From NCBI RefSeq assembly GCF_001194135.2, contig NC_068983.1:66950245-67014244 (forward strand): 64,000 bases of DNA, given 5' to 3'. Position numbers and translations under genes: made by a program. Of the stretch, positions 1 through 14,490 are shown in pieces (position 1 is the stretch's first letter; every line of letters starts with the position of its first letter). Under the pieces are notes generated by a model, which did no database searches, had not been told where the DNA came from, and saw only the letters and a list, made by a program, of their open reading frames with translations. This DNA is from Octopus bimaculoides (Eukaryota).

Positions 1-3000
1 CTACTGTATGATGCCATCATCTTTTCTCTAGCATATCAAAATGTCAGCACCTTCCTCTTAACATGTTTTTTTTTTTTACCTTCAGAGACAAAATCTGTTT
101 CAATTATAGGACTGAATTTTGTATGAAAATAGGTTAGATAATTATATACTATATAACAAGGATTTCTATGGTCAGCTTGATATGTTAAAAACAAGACGAA
201 TGTATCAGCTCAACTTTGCATGTCTTGGAGACTAATATAAGACTCATCTCAGTCAAGATACTAATGCAGCGATCATTTTGGTATGCTGATCAAAATGCAT
301 AATAAAGTATAATTTGATATATTATAGAGAATTTCTTATTTAGTGATCTTAGTAGAACTGGGGATATGTTTAGTATTGATGTTACCAGAGTTGTTTAATG
401 CTTCAAAACTGTGTTATGCGACAAGTGTGTAATGGTTGACATTCTGTGTATCCAAAATACTGCATAGGTAGAATAATTGTCAAAAGCTGATGTAAAATTA
501 ACAGTTATGTGAGTTTTAGAGATACTATGTTAAAGTAGAGCAAAAATTGGAATAACAGGCAATGAAAATGAATTAATTAAAAGAAAAAACTTAAAATGAT
601 TTTACTAATGATATGAATAAGCATTGAAAGTATATTGAATGCAAGTACTAGTAGCTAGAATAGAGGTTTAATATGCCAATAATTAGGACTGCTGAAATCA
701 CTAGATGTAATAGTTAAAAGTGCTATAAGAACAGTGCTCCAGGAAATAATTTTCCTTAGTGAAAGACAAATCTAAAGACTATTTTTACTAACTTTCCAAA
801 CATTAAACTTACTTGTACAAACCAGTGTTGTGATGTGATACTATTTCTTTTCATTTTCATTATTCTTGTGCATTTTTCTTCAGATTTATTGCTTACCCAT
901 TTTCATGTAACTCTAGTAATAATATAGTTTAGTCAGTATAGATATTTTGAATTGAATGTTATAGGTACTATGCAAATATAATTATTTTTGTCTGTTCTTC
1001 AAATCAATACGTAGATAACCTAAATATAAATTGCTGCTATTGAAATTAGTTAAATAAACCATAAACCAATCAATAAATTGTACAAGTGCAGTTAACAAAC
1101 AATTATGAAATCCTGGCATATGAAAATTGCTTTCAACTCTGTCAGGGATTTATCACTGTATGAAGAATTATGTTGCTTTGGACAATGCAAATGAAGTTGG
1201 AAAAAGTTCTCATTTTCCATCTTGTTGCTTTCATATTATTTTTTCTCCAAGATTGTTTTAGATTTCTTTTTAACTATTATTAAATGGTTTATTTTCCTCA
1301 AAGTGATTTTTTCCACCTAATTGCATTAACATAACATTCTATGTTTTATCTAAATCAATAAAATGATATAAACTCCTTTAATGATAGCTAACACATCTTA
1401 TGCACCCCCACCCCACGAAAAATGAGAAGAAGAAGAGAGAATATCATTTACAATAAATAGAAAAGATGCCACATTATCTGTTCCAAGCCCCTTTTAAATT
1501 TCAACCAGCTTTAGTTTAATCAGCTATTGAATTTGCCCCAAGTCAGTGTACTATACATGATATTTGTCAATATCATGTTCAGTGCATATATGCATCTGCA
1601 CATAATATTCTGTTAGTCAACAAAAGACATACAATGTTTATGCACATTTTGACATATGTCCTAGGTCATCATCAATAACGATGGATGAACTAATAATAAA
1701 AAAATTAATACAATGAGATATATGCATAAACATCTATATGAATAAATACTTTTTATTTCTTTATATTTCCTTAATTGAGTTTTAAATGTTGCTAGGTTAG
1801 GTTATGAGACAAGTACAGTTGGTACTTACAGACTCTTTAAAAGAGTTCACCTTCTATGGTATAAAGTTTAGTTTCTTATGGAAGTGAAACATACACTCAA
1901 CTAGATTAACATTTTATTTCATGTATTTATGGAATAATGGACAGTAGAGTTTATTTATTAATCACACTCAGAGAATAAGTAGTAAATTATGTATTCTTTT
2001 TGATCTTTGCAAAGTAAGCTAACTGCCTAGTAAATGATAGAAGTGAGAAGAAAGAGGATGGGGGATAACTTTTTATTTTTGAATGCCAAATTATTTAAGA
2101 AATTATTGAAATAAAGCTCAAATAAAATAATACCATCAGTGTTCAGAAGCTTTTTAATATAGATTTTTATTTTTTGTTCATTTTAATTTTGATCCTACCA
2201 GAATATTCTACAAGGTTGTATAATAAGTTATTTTCAGCAATCAGTACTGTCTCAAATTAAGTAAAATAGCATCTGATATCAGACGAATCTATAATTATTA
2301 GAAATTTTATCTTCTCAAGTTGAATTCTATTAGTTAATTATTTTTATTAATCAAGAACTTTGTGTAATTTTTTCTTTTACTCATTATCATTCCCATCTTC
2401 CCTGTTCATGCTGTGAACCTTCACATTAATTGAATGTAATTATGTAACAAAATGAATAGCTGTTTTGATTGGGTTGGTAAACGTCTTATATTCAAACTTA
2501 AAATAAAAAAATATCCTCTCCTACTTTTCTTATCTTTTAAATAGAACTTTAGAAACCTAATACAATTTTAAAATCTTGTGTTGATAAATTTTCTATGAGG
2601 TTGTATTTTCAAGCAGTGAGTGAATGATTTACAAATAGCTGATAAAACTGGTAAACAATACTATACCAGTTAATCTACTTTTCTAATAAAATATCACATT
2701 TACAATCTCTGAAGGGAAATAAGTGGTTTGTCCTTGTGTCAATTTCACTTAATTCACTTCCATTTATAAATTCAGATAAACCTAATACTGTCATCTTTTT
2801 TTATTATTCTATTAAAGATTTTAATTCAGTAAAGTGTCTCCAAAATTATAAATTTAAACAAATGGAATGCTTTTAAATAGATATTTGGCATACTAATCTA
2901 ATATATAAATATTCCCACAAATATACCACTAATCTTTAAGTAAGATGAAAGGTATTCTTATTAGCTACAACAGAGATAGACATGGTTAACTTAACCACTG

Positions 3001-5293
3001 CATCATAGTATTGTTTCTTTAAAATTTACTAAAAGTTGTGGGTAATCCAGCCTGGTGTTCAGATTGATACATAGCTTCTTAGATTGTGTTTATTATTTGT
3101 TAGCTAAAATGAAAACATCTGAGTGGCAATACTAACGATATAGACTACAGTAGTTATTATAAATTATATAATTATGATTATAAATTTGTAGTCTTTCCCA
3201 CAAAGTGCTCTGTTATTTGTCCATAACCACTAAGTCACTGTGTGCTAATGGAGACATTATTTACAAGTTGAGAAAATAAACTAATTAATGTCATGTGTTC
3301 CATTATTCTTTATGTGCATTTCTTTACTCTTTAGAAAATTGAAATTCTTGAGGAAATCAATTTTGCACTTCATTCTTTTTTTTTCAGGTAATAACTGGAG
3401 AATGTCTACAGATATTCTACAGGTTTTCAAATGGCTGTGCCAAAAACATTCTCCGCAATGTTGCTATTAGAATATTTTAGGAGTATTGCTTAAAGAGATT
3501 GGTTTCTTCATTTCTTCAATTGAAAATTTTGTTTCACAGGTCATATTAAAATTAAGATTTGTGCATATTTTCTTTTTTACTAAATCCAATCACATCACAG
3601 TCTTTTTCTCTTTCAAATGTTCCTTGTGAGAAAATACATGTTATCGAGAAAATTTATAAAACAATTTCTAAAAATATAAAATTGATGAATAAAAACTTTA
3701 CTGATTCAATTAAGTTAGGAAGGATTTTTCTTCTGTTTTTCAAGTTACATTTTTGTCAGGTGTTTGTTCTCAATGAAACTGCCTTAAGATTATAATTTTT
3801 GTCAAGGACTGTGTATCCATTTAGCTCCAGCCTTGCATATTTTACTGAAGTAAAGATATCTGATTTAATTAATTCTTCATTAAATTTTAATTTCAAACTA
3901 ATGGCCATAAATTATTTCTTCCTTCTTGAGTTTTAAAGAGTTTTTATTTTCTTTGCTATCCAATTCACTGGCATAAATGTTCATAATTATATCAATAGTC
4001 ATTTTAGAAATCAGAAAATTTATTCTTTAACCAAAAGCTTCATTTTATCTATTATATTATGTATATACAGTTTTATGCTATTCTATATCATAGATAATAT
4101 ATTATAATCAGTGCACATCATTTACATTTCAGTGTGTTTTATGTTGTCATATTGTAGCATACAGTATTATATATACTGCATAAGCATGTTATAAATTTGA
4201 CATAAATTACCTAAGTATTACTGAAATTTAAGTATATGTAAAATTAACATATGCTATGAGTCATCTTCTTTGCTTTGACTTTCTCTTCCATTTGCATAAG
4301 GAATAGTCCTTACTTAACATTGGCCAATCTGCTTTTAATATTGGTCATATCCATAGCAAGGCCAGCAGCTTCAGTAAGTCTCCCATTGTAACTGGTTAGA
4401 TCCTTACAAACTTTTTGGTATCTCTTTATTTTTTTAATAGTTTGGTCTAGAGGAAGGATTTGTGCTCATGGTTCTTGCATGCCCTCTAAAACAAATGTGA
4501 TTAACATGGTTGATGTTCTTCTTGAAGGACATCAGCTATGTTAACCTCATCATTTGACAGCTGTATGAAAACTAAGCAGTGAAGAAATTCCAGATGGTTG
4601 ATGATGGTTTGGAGAAGAAGACTGAGCAAAGTGGTTAGTGTGAATCTGGAGTGGGTTAAGAAAATGAATTACATGAGGAGGAGGGATAACTGAGTTTGGT
4701 GAACACAAATGAAGGTGGCATGAGGCCAGCCAGTTGCAAAAATGCAGAAAAAAGCAGCAAAAGGAAGCTCCATGTATGTCGATGTGAGGCTGGAGTGTGT
4801 ATGCATTAGCAAATGTTTATCTTGCAAAGGTCTTCCAATGCAATCTGTCTCTGTAGTCTTATTTTTGTAATTCAAGCGAGTGACCCATAGATATATTTTG
4901 AAACAAACTGTGAAAAGCAATTAAAATTAGCCATTTAATAATCACATTAGATATATTAGTTTCAAATCATAGAATGTAAATACAAATCTTAGCTGTATAC
5001 CTCTTCAGTTTTCTGTATTGACTTCCTTAAAGCAAATTACTAATACACTTCTTGTTGGATTTAATATTAAGCACATGAAGTGACTAGTGAAAGTGAAATT
5101 CACTGAATTTCATTCTTTTTTGTTTGTTAAGGTCTACAGAAAAAGATCATTGTAATGTTCACATGATTAAAACCAATAACTATAAAAATACATAACTTTT
5201 ATACCTTTTAATTATATTATATGCTCTCAATCAATGAGGAAATACCTACCTAGTCACTTAACTTGTTAGAAATAGCAACAAAATCACACTTAC

Positions 5294-5348
5294 TGCCTTA
5301 AACAAAAAGAAGGATACATTTAGCAATGTAATCCAAGGTGCACTATGC
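5294..5348 (-). CDS. Weak candidate 55-nt internal exon (HSAPWITLLNVSFFLFKA)
   Basis: Minus strand: acceptor tcttttatttttag|G and donor GCA|gtaagt, one open frame. No homology recognised; such site pairs occur by chance in AT-rich DNA. Confidence 0.15.
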
Positions 5349-7158
5349 CTAAAAATAAAAGACTTGGCCCTATACAACACAACTTATTATTTTAAGCTAT
5401 TCGTAATGTCCTTTCAGAAATATGTATTTTGTTCCTGGGCCTCTCTGATATTAGCTTCCTCCAGATTTTTGAATTTTAGTTACTTTTACAAATTCTTCAC
5501 AGTAGCCAGTCATTTGCATATAAACAATTCTAAACATCATTAAACTTCATTGTTGAAACGTTGAGAATTGTATCTTGAGTCAGAATAGCAATGTTTCTTT
5601 TAACTTGTCTTCAAGCAACATATTAACTGTGTAGAATTTAACAGTAGTTAATTAGGAAAATAAAAGATATAATGAGTAATAATGTATGATAACTGGGTAA
5701 AATTGGTATAGTTGTTATTTGTTATTCATTCAATAATAGCACATAGTGTTCGCATCATTCATATGTTAATATGAAGAAATAAATGTGGTAGCATGATAAA
5801 AGACAACATTTACCTATGAGCTACATTGATATTAGTTTATGTCTTTAGTTGTTACATTTGTTGTTCTTTGCAAACTTTTCTTCATAGATTACAGAAATAC
5901 TGAAGGAAAAGAATCTTCTACTCTTTTTTTAGCTGTACTGAAAGTATTCATTTGTCATGTGAATTGATCATTAATTATTTCAATTCTTCATTTCATGAGT
6001 TACATTTCTTATATTCTAAAAGAGAGCTCTGCTGCAATATAAACATCAATACAATTTATGCTTCCATCCTTCTGAAGTATCCATTATTTTTTATGTCATT
6101 ACATTATCTAATTCATTTTGGATTCTCAATGTTCTATATTGTTTCATGACTTCTGTTTGAAGAAATGCAGAAATCTATGAAAAATGCCCTTAGGTGTTAG
6201 AATTATCCACATTATATATTACTGTATAACCTATGGTAAAAGTATTTAAAGCAATTCTTTGTTTCATCTAGGTTTCTTCAAAACTGGTTAAAATTAACGA
6301 AATCTGAACTTTCTTCAGAAAGAAAATTCTAAGATTTCTACAGAAAAATTGTAATTAGGAAATCAATATTTTAAGTTATTTTTATTCGAGTCTTTCCTTT
6401 TCATCTTTTATTAAATCATTGTTGTAAAAAATAAATAAATAAAATAAAGTTTTCCTCAAGTCATGCTGGTAATTTGAAAATGCATTTGTCTAAAGCAAGA
6501 ATTCAGAAATACAAATCTTTGATGATTCTTTTATTTAAAAATCTATAATGTCCATTAAGTGCTAGCTACTAACCATTTTGCTGAACAGAAGTTATCTTTA
6601 ACTTTAAGAAAGTGCAACCTAGTTATAAATGTGATACAAATAGCCACACATACATTCAATTTGTCTGACTAAAATAATCTCTTCGGGTGAATTTAAATTA
6701 CTTTTTAGATTTGTTCTTTCAACAATGATATTTTTAAAGAGATTTTGATTCCATTATAGTTTAAATTAGACTGATTCTCACCCATTTTGGTCAATGATTA
6801 TTTCAGTATGCTGCTAATAAAATAATTTGGAAGTACTATTTCTAAATATTTTGTTTGATGATATATTAGTCAGCTGATTATGCTGAGACTTATAAACAAA
6901 AAGGCATAATTAAGCAGTGCATTATTTGAATAGTGAAACAGTAGAGTCTAAAGAATATTCTACATTGACACTAGGTAATTTAGATAATCCAAACTGAAAT
7001 AAATTTCATTCTATGAGAAAGAAAGTGAATGATTCTGGCAAGCCTTCATGGACAAGAGATGAAATGTCATCTGGTATTGAAGTAAATATAAACTAAGACC
7101 AAAGAGATAATATCAGGGAATGCAATAGATTTACACACATGTGCACAGACACAAACAC

Positions 7159-7240
7159 ATCATTATCATCATCATCATCATCACCAACAACAGCATCTTT
7201 TCTGCTTTTCATGTTGGTATGTATTGGCCAGGACAACCAG
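7159..7240 (-). mobile_element. Decayed RTE-type 3' tail with (CAT)n
   Basis: (CAT)n followed by gcttttcatgttggtatg, a decayed version of the tail at 21886-21960. Confidence 0.45.
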
Positions 7241-7301
7241 GTCTGATGCCCTCCTACATGAGACAGAGACATCATTTTACTGATACATTCTATTTTAGCA
7301 T

Positions 7302-7320
7302 GGTTAGGGTTAGGGTTAGG
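7302..7320 (+). repeat. Short interstitial telomeric repeat (GGTTAG)x3
   Basis: ggttagggttagggttagg read directly. Confidence 0.7.
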
Positions 7321-7368
7321 ATACTTCAATCATAGTCTTCAGCATGATTGAAGTATCCTCTCTACCCC
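7307..7368. ncRNA. Pre-miRNA-sized hairpin candidate
   Basis: Perfect 16-bp inverted repeat (7318-7333 / 7344-7359), 10-nt loop, imperfect outer extension. Confidence 0.25.
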
Positions 7369-7689
7369 AAGACACAAACACACACACACATTTATAAATG
7401 CACATATAATATTTTTAAACAATGGACATTAATCCAGCTTTTTGGGGTTATATCTCATGAAATACTTTTAATGATTGTACAGTACCTGACAGATTTCTGT
7501 ACTAGTTGTGCACTTTCTTTATTTTGGTCATTATAAATAAAATTCTGTCATTGTGCTTACGTTGCTAAATAATACCATGAGATATAATTGAGCCAGTTAT
7601 TAGATAAATTGCCCCAAATTTCAAATGTAATTCTTTTAGTACACATGCATACCACACAGAAACATACACTCACACACATCTATGTGTAA

Positions 7690-7696
<7 letters not shown>

Positions 7697-7726
<30 letters not shown>
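7697..7726. repeat. (TA)n microsatellite
   Basis: Read directly; a second (TA)n lies at 8033-8066. Confidence 0.95.
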
Positions 7727-7729
<3 letters not shown>

Positions 7730-7856
7730 ACATCTCAACGCTTCTAAAAGCAAGCTTCGCTTGTTTGTTTACGTTTGTCGTAATTTGAATTTAACATATG
7801 AGAGCGTCTCATAAAGCGAGATTTATATATCTTAATTTGCAGAGGAATTTGTGGTG

Positions 7857-7930
7857 GTGAGTTTAGCTTAATCGGCAAAAGCATCGTCACATGTAATGAC
7901 GGGGTTGTGAGTTCGTATCCACAGCTGGCC
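7857..7930 (+). tRNA. tRNA-Thr(TGT)-like gene or pseudogene
   Basis: A box TAGCTTAATCGG, D stem GCTT/AAGC, anticodon stem CGTCA/TGACG with loop CATGTAA, B box GAGTTCGTATCC, acceptor stem with one mismatch, TTTT at 7939-7942. Non-canonical A33 and a 1-nt T-arm deletion. Confidence 0.5.
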
Positions 7931-8028
7931 ACCTACACTTTTCTCTGCAAAAATAGGAATAGTTTATCCTGTTCAGGCTATATTATTAGCATTATTCTGT
8001 GATTGAGAATTTAAACATCACTTCTTTA

Positions 8029-8069
<41 letters not shown>

Positions 8070-8371
8070 GTGTGTGTGTGTATCTGTGTATAGATGAATA
8101 AATATAAGTTGAAGATTCAAGTGAATCAGGTCTTACTTAAATAGTAATGCACTAAGGTCAGGTCAATGAAATAGCTATCATTTACAGAACAAAATTAGAG
8201 GAACATATACATACATAATGAAGTAAAGACAGATGTACAATCACAAATGTCTGACTGAATGTACCATAAGCCTCAAGGTTGCACCTACGTACAAATACTG
8301 CACCAATTGTACTGTACTGAATAGACTCCTGATCCATGCTAATTGCACATTCTGAGTAAGGCGAATAATAA

Positions 8372-8761
<390 letters not shown>

Positions 8762-8989
8762 ATTTAATTTTTATGCCAAGTTATATTAAAATCAATTTGA
8801 CATGAAACTGAAGGATTACTCAGTACTTCTTGTCGCTTGTAGAGTACATACTTATTACTCTTTACAAGAATAGTGTTAATATTGATTTAAAACTTTTGGC
8901 TTGCTTAACCTTCATTGGACTGTGATACATTTGAGTTCATCTTGACTTTATATAGACTCTGATAAGTTAATTTTTTCTGGGTAGGTGGA

Positions 8990-10107
8990 GCTCTGTTGAA
9001 TAGTATCTGCATTTTTATCTTGGGAAACAGATGGAAATCTGCAGGTGCTAAATCTGGTGAATGTCCATTGTTTAAAAATATTATAAGGTGCAGGAGTGGC
9101 TATGTGGTAAGTAGCTTGCTTACTAACCACATGGTTCTGGGTTCAGTCCCACTGTGTGACACCTTGGGCAAGTGTTTTCTACTATAGCCTCGGGCCAACC
9201 AAAGCCTTGTGAGTGGATTTGGTAGACAGAAACTGAAAAAAGCCTGTCGTATATATGTAGATGTATGTATACATGTGTGTTTGTGTGTCTGTGTTTGTCC
9301 CCCCAACATCGCTTGACAACCGATGCTGGTGTGTTTACATCCCCGTAACTTAGTAGTTCGGCAAAAGAGACTGATAGAATAAGTACTAGGCTTACAAAGA
9401 ATAAGTCTTGGGGTCGATTTGCTCGACTAAACGTGGTGCTCCTGCATGGCCGCAGTCAAATGACTGAAACAAGTAAAAGAATAAAAGAGTAATAGGGCTG
9501 GTGCAGAAGTGATGCCATCTTGTTTTTGGCAAGAAACTCACGAATATGGAGAACATGGTGACAGGGTGCTTTGCTGTCATGAAGAATCCAATTCTTCATG
9601 CTCTACAGATTCAGTTGCTTTTGCCAAATGTGCTTCCACAAATGCTTCAAAATGTCACTGTAGAGCTCTCAATTGATGGTCTGGCCCTGGGGGATGAATT
9701 TTTCAATGCACAATACCACATTCTGATGCTCATGGCAGGTCTTCCAGATTGCACATCATCTTCCAGGGACATTCTTCCACTTTTTAAGTGCCCATGCCAC
9801 TCAAAACATTGCATAAAATCTATTGCATCATTGCTATAAGCATGCTCAGTGTCTCTGTAGCAGAGTTACCAAGTTTAACACAAAATTTCATGCTGGCTCT
9901 TTGATCCCTCTATGACAAAATCACAAACTACAATATACACGTGATCACAAAAACATGAATTTCACAACTTGCAAAGTAAACACAGTGATGTCACTCAACA
10001 CACTGCCTTATGAGGGTCACTGCTAGCTCTCACTGTGCATGCAACTGTGTGCTGCCATCTTTCAGCATGCTACAGAACTAATCCAGGAACGTTTTAATAC
10101 CACCTTG
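8990..10107 (-). mobile_element. Mariner transposase relic interrupted by a SINE
   Basis: Minus strand WILHDSKAPCHHVLHIREFLAKNKMASLLHQPY (9596-9492) rejoins SPDLAPADFHLFPKIK (from 9060), the mariner HDNAP...YSPDLAP signature. TIR-like end near 10085-10107. Confidence 0.85.
9086..9490 (+). mobile_element. tRNA-derived SINE, family A, full length
   Basis: tRNA-like head (GGCTATGTGGTAAG...GGTTCAGTCCC), TA/TG spacer, body and (AAAAGAGT)-type tail; several homologous copies in the window. Confidence 0.85.
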
Positions 10108-10254
10108 CAATTAGGTACGTCAGCTTCAGGTCTTGGGCTGATTTTTGGGTTCACAAAAAAAAAATGTAGTTAGGTAAAAAGGTTAGTTGGTTAGCAGATG
10201 TCTAACTAAATTTGATTTAGTGGTAGTTGATTTTTTTTTGAGGACTAATGGCAA

Positions 10255-10460
10255 ATTTAACCTGTCATATTGATACAAGTGATGTCCTTCATTTCCAGTC
10301 TTCTGTATAAACATGTTTGCGGTGGAGAAATATTACCTCCCTGTAAAACAAGTGAGGTTTAGCAATAGAAAGGGTATCTACTCATAGAAAATTTACCTCA
10401 ATAAATTCTGCCTGACTTATGCAAGCATGGAAAAGTAGATCGAAAAATGATGACAATAAC
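10255..10460 (+). mobile_element. Retroposon 3' tail (RTE-type), decayed
   Basis: Ends gcaagcatggaaaagtagat...gatgac; homologous to 43170-43335 and, inverted, to 19200-19330. Confidence 0.55.
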
Positions 10461-13400
10461 ACCTACATGCCTTTAAAAAAGACAGAGTACAATATTGTGC
10501 CAGATACATCGTGTCTAAATAAAAGATTTAGGTTCATAACTGAAATGTACGCTAGACCCAAGAAGCCCTCAGGTTAATTAATGACTAAATAGCAATTTAT
10601 ATGTGAAACATTTGGTTGTTGGAACTGTATTACTCAAGCAGACTAAACCGTAGCATTAAGTATTTAACTACTTACTTCATAGATCTATTCACATTGTACA
10701 ACTTTATCAGGAGCATCGACAAAATAGAACAACTGTTTTAGAGCTCACTAACATGTTTCTTTAGATCAACCTTGAATGAGGGCATTTCCCAGACAGAAAG
10801 TTTTAAAACTTATTGGCTAAGACTAGAACTGTTTGGAAAAACATATGATGAAGAAAAAGGAGATTGAATTGTTGGAAACAAAAGAAGAGAATCTTAAATG
10901 AGTACAACAAAGATGTATGTTAATTAGCTAGGGTATTCCTCAAAGCATTGTTTAAATTCAATCTACTTATTCAGTTGAGAAAAGGAAAGATTCCAAGATT
11001 GAGTCTGAATGTTAAAATATGATTTGTGATAAAGCTGTGAGTCAGATTTTCAATATTGCTTGAAATCATTAAGTTAACATCTTAAAACTATGTGTTATGA
11101 AAATATCTAAAATTATATGTATTCGAGACAGAATGAGAGGTAGGTAACAAGTTCATAAATTAGTGGGGATACATTTGGATTTGACTGTGTACATCTATTC
11201 AGTTCATGTGGAAAGAACTATAGTTGTAAAGTATTTATCTTTGAGAGATTGTGCTAGTTCTCTAAGTGTTCTGAGCATGGAATAAAATAAACTTGAAACC
11301 TTGGTGAAAGATATTTTCAAATTAGGAAATTTAAATGATAGTTGAATGAGGTTACTAATGTTGCAATTAGATATTATTTACATAGTATGTTGTACAGAAT
11401 GTAATAGAAAACACCTGACCTGACTGAAAATACTCAGTGTGTTAACATTTCTTGTTAGCAACTAACCAAAATTATGATTCATAATGGATAACTTTATTAT
11501 TGCATCTAATAGCAAGCATTTAAAGATCATAGAACTCCATTCCAGCTATTTGTAGTACTTTCATGACTTAATTTAAATGAAACTAGCCTTCTTGTGGTGA
11601 AGGGAATTAATGCATCATATCTATCCACTTATTTTATTATTGATATCTTTGGATCTATTTCAGAAGACATTGGGTCTGTTATTGACGTTAAAATCAGGAT
11701 GTTTCAAACAAAACTTCTGATTGAGAGTTGATTTTGATTTTCAAGATAACAGTTTGTAGAAAAACAAAAAAAATTTTAAAATTGCTAATGAACTCTTGTA
11801 GGTTTTCTAATGAAATATAGGTTAAAACAGAAGGATTTAAAGAAAAGGTTGTTAAAAGGAAGCAATAAAGTTTAGTTGCTGAAGGGTTACTGAAAAAAGT
11901 CGATGAAAATGTAAATCATTGATTGCAGTCTGTAAAACAAGAGAATGAGATTATGATGCAGATAATATTCAGTGATGAAAAATGGACAAGGATTTAATAT
12001 AGCCATCAGTTAGTCTTATAGCATGATTAAACTGATTTCTGTTAGATAAAGCTCACTGGCACGGAATTGTGTTTTTCATTGTAAGGAGAAATTAGCAATG
12101 AATGAAAGATATAGGGGTGGTTGGAAACTAAAGGCAGCTTATTCGAGAAAAATGATGGTAAAATATATGGAAAGAGAAATTTGAGAGCAGAGGAAAGAAA
12201 GAGAGGGAAGGAACAAAACGATGGAAAAATATATTCATTTATATAAAAATTTTTATGAGTACTTTCAATGATATTTCTACCTTTTCATAATATCATTGGG
12301 TCCTGCTCTAGATCATGTGCTATAACATGCAATTTAACCTCTTGCCAATTATAGAAAATGACCAACCAGAATATCAGTAAAGATCATAAGATATAGACTT
12401 GATATTGTTGAGAACCTGATTAGCTATGTCAAAGTGTTCTATGTCATATATGATTGGCACTGATTGTCAATCCCTTATGATATAGTTTAACAGTTATGTA
12501 AGTTTTTTGTTGTTACAGTTTAAAAGCTCATTGTAACTGAAATAAAACAATTATCAATTAAAAATAATGGATTAGCTCCTTGTTATGATATATAACAAGG
12601 TACAACTTTTTCATTTTTAGGTTGGTTGTAACTGAGTTTGAGTATATTAATCTAAAAATATATATAAAGAACCTCTTTGGTTTTTGTGTTGTTTTTTTTT
12701 TAGCATTTTCTTTTTAATCTGAGAGATGAAAAAAATAACAAAACAAAATAAGGTAGTATGTGGTAAATAGTACAGTAACATTGGTTTAAATTTGGGTCTC
12801 TCTTTTTTATTGGATTAAAATTCTGCAGAGGTCGGCTTTAGTCTTCCTTAATAAGCATACAAAAATAATTTTCCTCCTTCTCAACCAGAAAACTTGTTAA
12901 TCAGTGAAGCAGTGAGGTTCATTGATTAACAATGCATTAACTAGACCTGCTACAGTTTATCTAAACTCTCAAATCACATTCTACCATCTAAAACAAGGAA
13001 ATAAATAAATCAGTTAATAAATAAATAAACAAATTAATAAAGTGGGATGAATATATTATTATACCTTTAAAGGGCTGTATGGTCTCCTCAGTCAAGGTTG
13101 GCCTTGTTCTAGGCAACAAAAACAACAATGCTATGTTCATCATTCACTCTCTTCCTTTTCCATCATTTTGCTTTACTTGCCTCTTTACAATTCTCTTTTT
13201 GTATGTCTTTCTCTCAGGCAGTCATTTAGAACTTTTGTAAGATTTTCTATCTTTTATGTATATTTTTTCTTGTTGCATCTTCTAACCTTTTCATGTGTAT
13301 TTCTCAGAATTTAGCTGTTTCTAAAGAGAGACATGGATATAAGTAGAACTTCTTATACCCAGTAACTATGCAACTCCTCCCTATTATTGCTTTGAGATAT

Positions 13401-13660
13401 AGAGACGCACACATGCAAGCCAGACATACATAGTTATATTTTTAAAAAAACAAAACAAAATGTTAAATTTCTTCAATATATTTACCTACAATATTCTTTT
13501 GTAACAAATCTTCTCTTGTAATTCTTTTATACTAAATGTCTTTTGCAAAAATGTTTCATCTAATGAATAATTCGATATCACAATTTCTCTCTTGATGAAA
13601 CAGGCTTTTCTTTTTTGTCTGTATTTGCCTTTTTTCTCTATTCCTTTGATAACTCTTCAG

Positions 13661-13690
13661 TTTCTTAAGAATCTCATTCTTTATTTTCAG
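13661..13690 (+). CDS. Candidate 30-nt micro-exon (FLKNLILYFQ) or recursive splice site
   Basis: Long pyrimidine tract and ttcag| acceptor at 13660; second ttattttcag directly followed by perfect donor gtaagt at 13691. Confidence 0.3.
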
Positions 13691-14040
13691 GTAAGTGAAA
13701 CATGAAGATGACCTGATGGGTGAGCTCTACACAAATATTGTCAGTTTTATTGTTTGCCATTATACAATTTAATGCCCCCCCCCCTCTATTTATTCTTACT
13801 TTTGCTTTTCTCTTCATATACGTGTATGTGTTTCTGTAGTTTAAATACACACACATGAATGCATGAATATGTATGAATATTCAATGCATATGTGTGCAAA
13901 AATATACATTTTATCTTTTGCATGGATATCACATTCCTAGGATTAAGCTATTTTTGTTAGCATCTAACTACTAAATATATAATTATATCTTAGTACTAGG
14001 CTGGTCCAACACAAATTGAACCAACCAATTACATCTATAT

Positions 14041-14490
14041 ATCATCATCATCGTCACTGCATGCCTGTTCTCATACTGGCATGGGTTGCACATTATATAT
14101 CTTTTACTCATTTCAGTCATTAGACTGCGGCTATGCTGGGACACCACCTATTTATTTCTATATTTATATATGAAGTGATAAGGGACCATGAGTCGTACTG
14201 ATTTGCAGCACTTGACAAGAAGTGCCAAGCTAAGTAAAATCTCTGTCATCCATATGTACAGGCTTGTCCTTTACAGGTGCCAGTGCCACATAAAATACAC
14301 TTGTGCTGGTGTGGCATAAATGAGTCCATGCCAGTGGCATGCTAAAGCACCCCAGCACACTCTGGTGTTAGGAAAGGGCATCCAGCCATAGAAACCATGC
14401 CACAACAGACAACTGGAGTCTGAAAAGCTCTGTGTCAAACCATCAAACTCATGCCAGCATGGAAAATGGATGTTAAATGAGGATGATGAT
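14041..14490. mobile_element. Cluster: inverted RTE 3' tail (14041-14091), SINE-A tail fragment, plus-strand RTE 3' UTR (about 14230-14490)
   Basis: catgccagcatggaaaatggatgttaaatgaggatgatgat terminus, shared with 55370-55570 and 58785-58935. Confidence 0.7.

Noticed and set aside
4314-4487. Minus-strand frame DLTSYNGRLTEAAGLAMDMTNIKSRLANV with donor gtaagg, including an upstream in-frame TGA
   Set aside because: No recognisable homology, further stops nearby, no SECIS evidence, and the antisense frame is equally open. Probably an ancient TE relic or chance.
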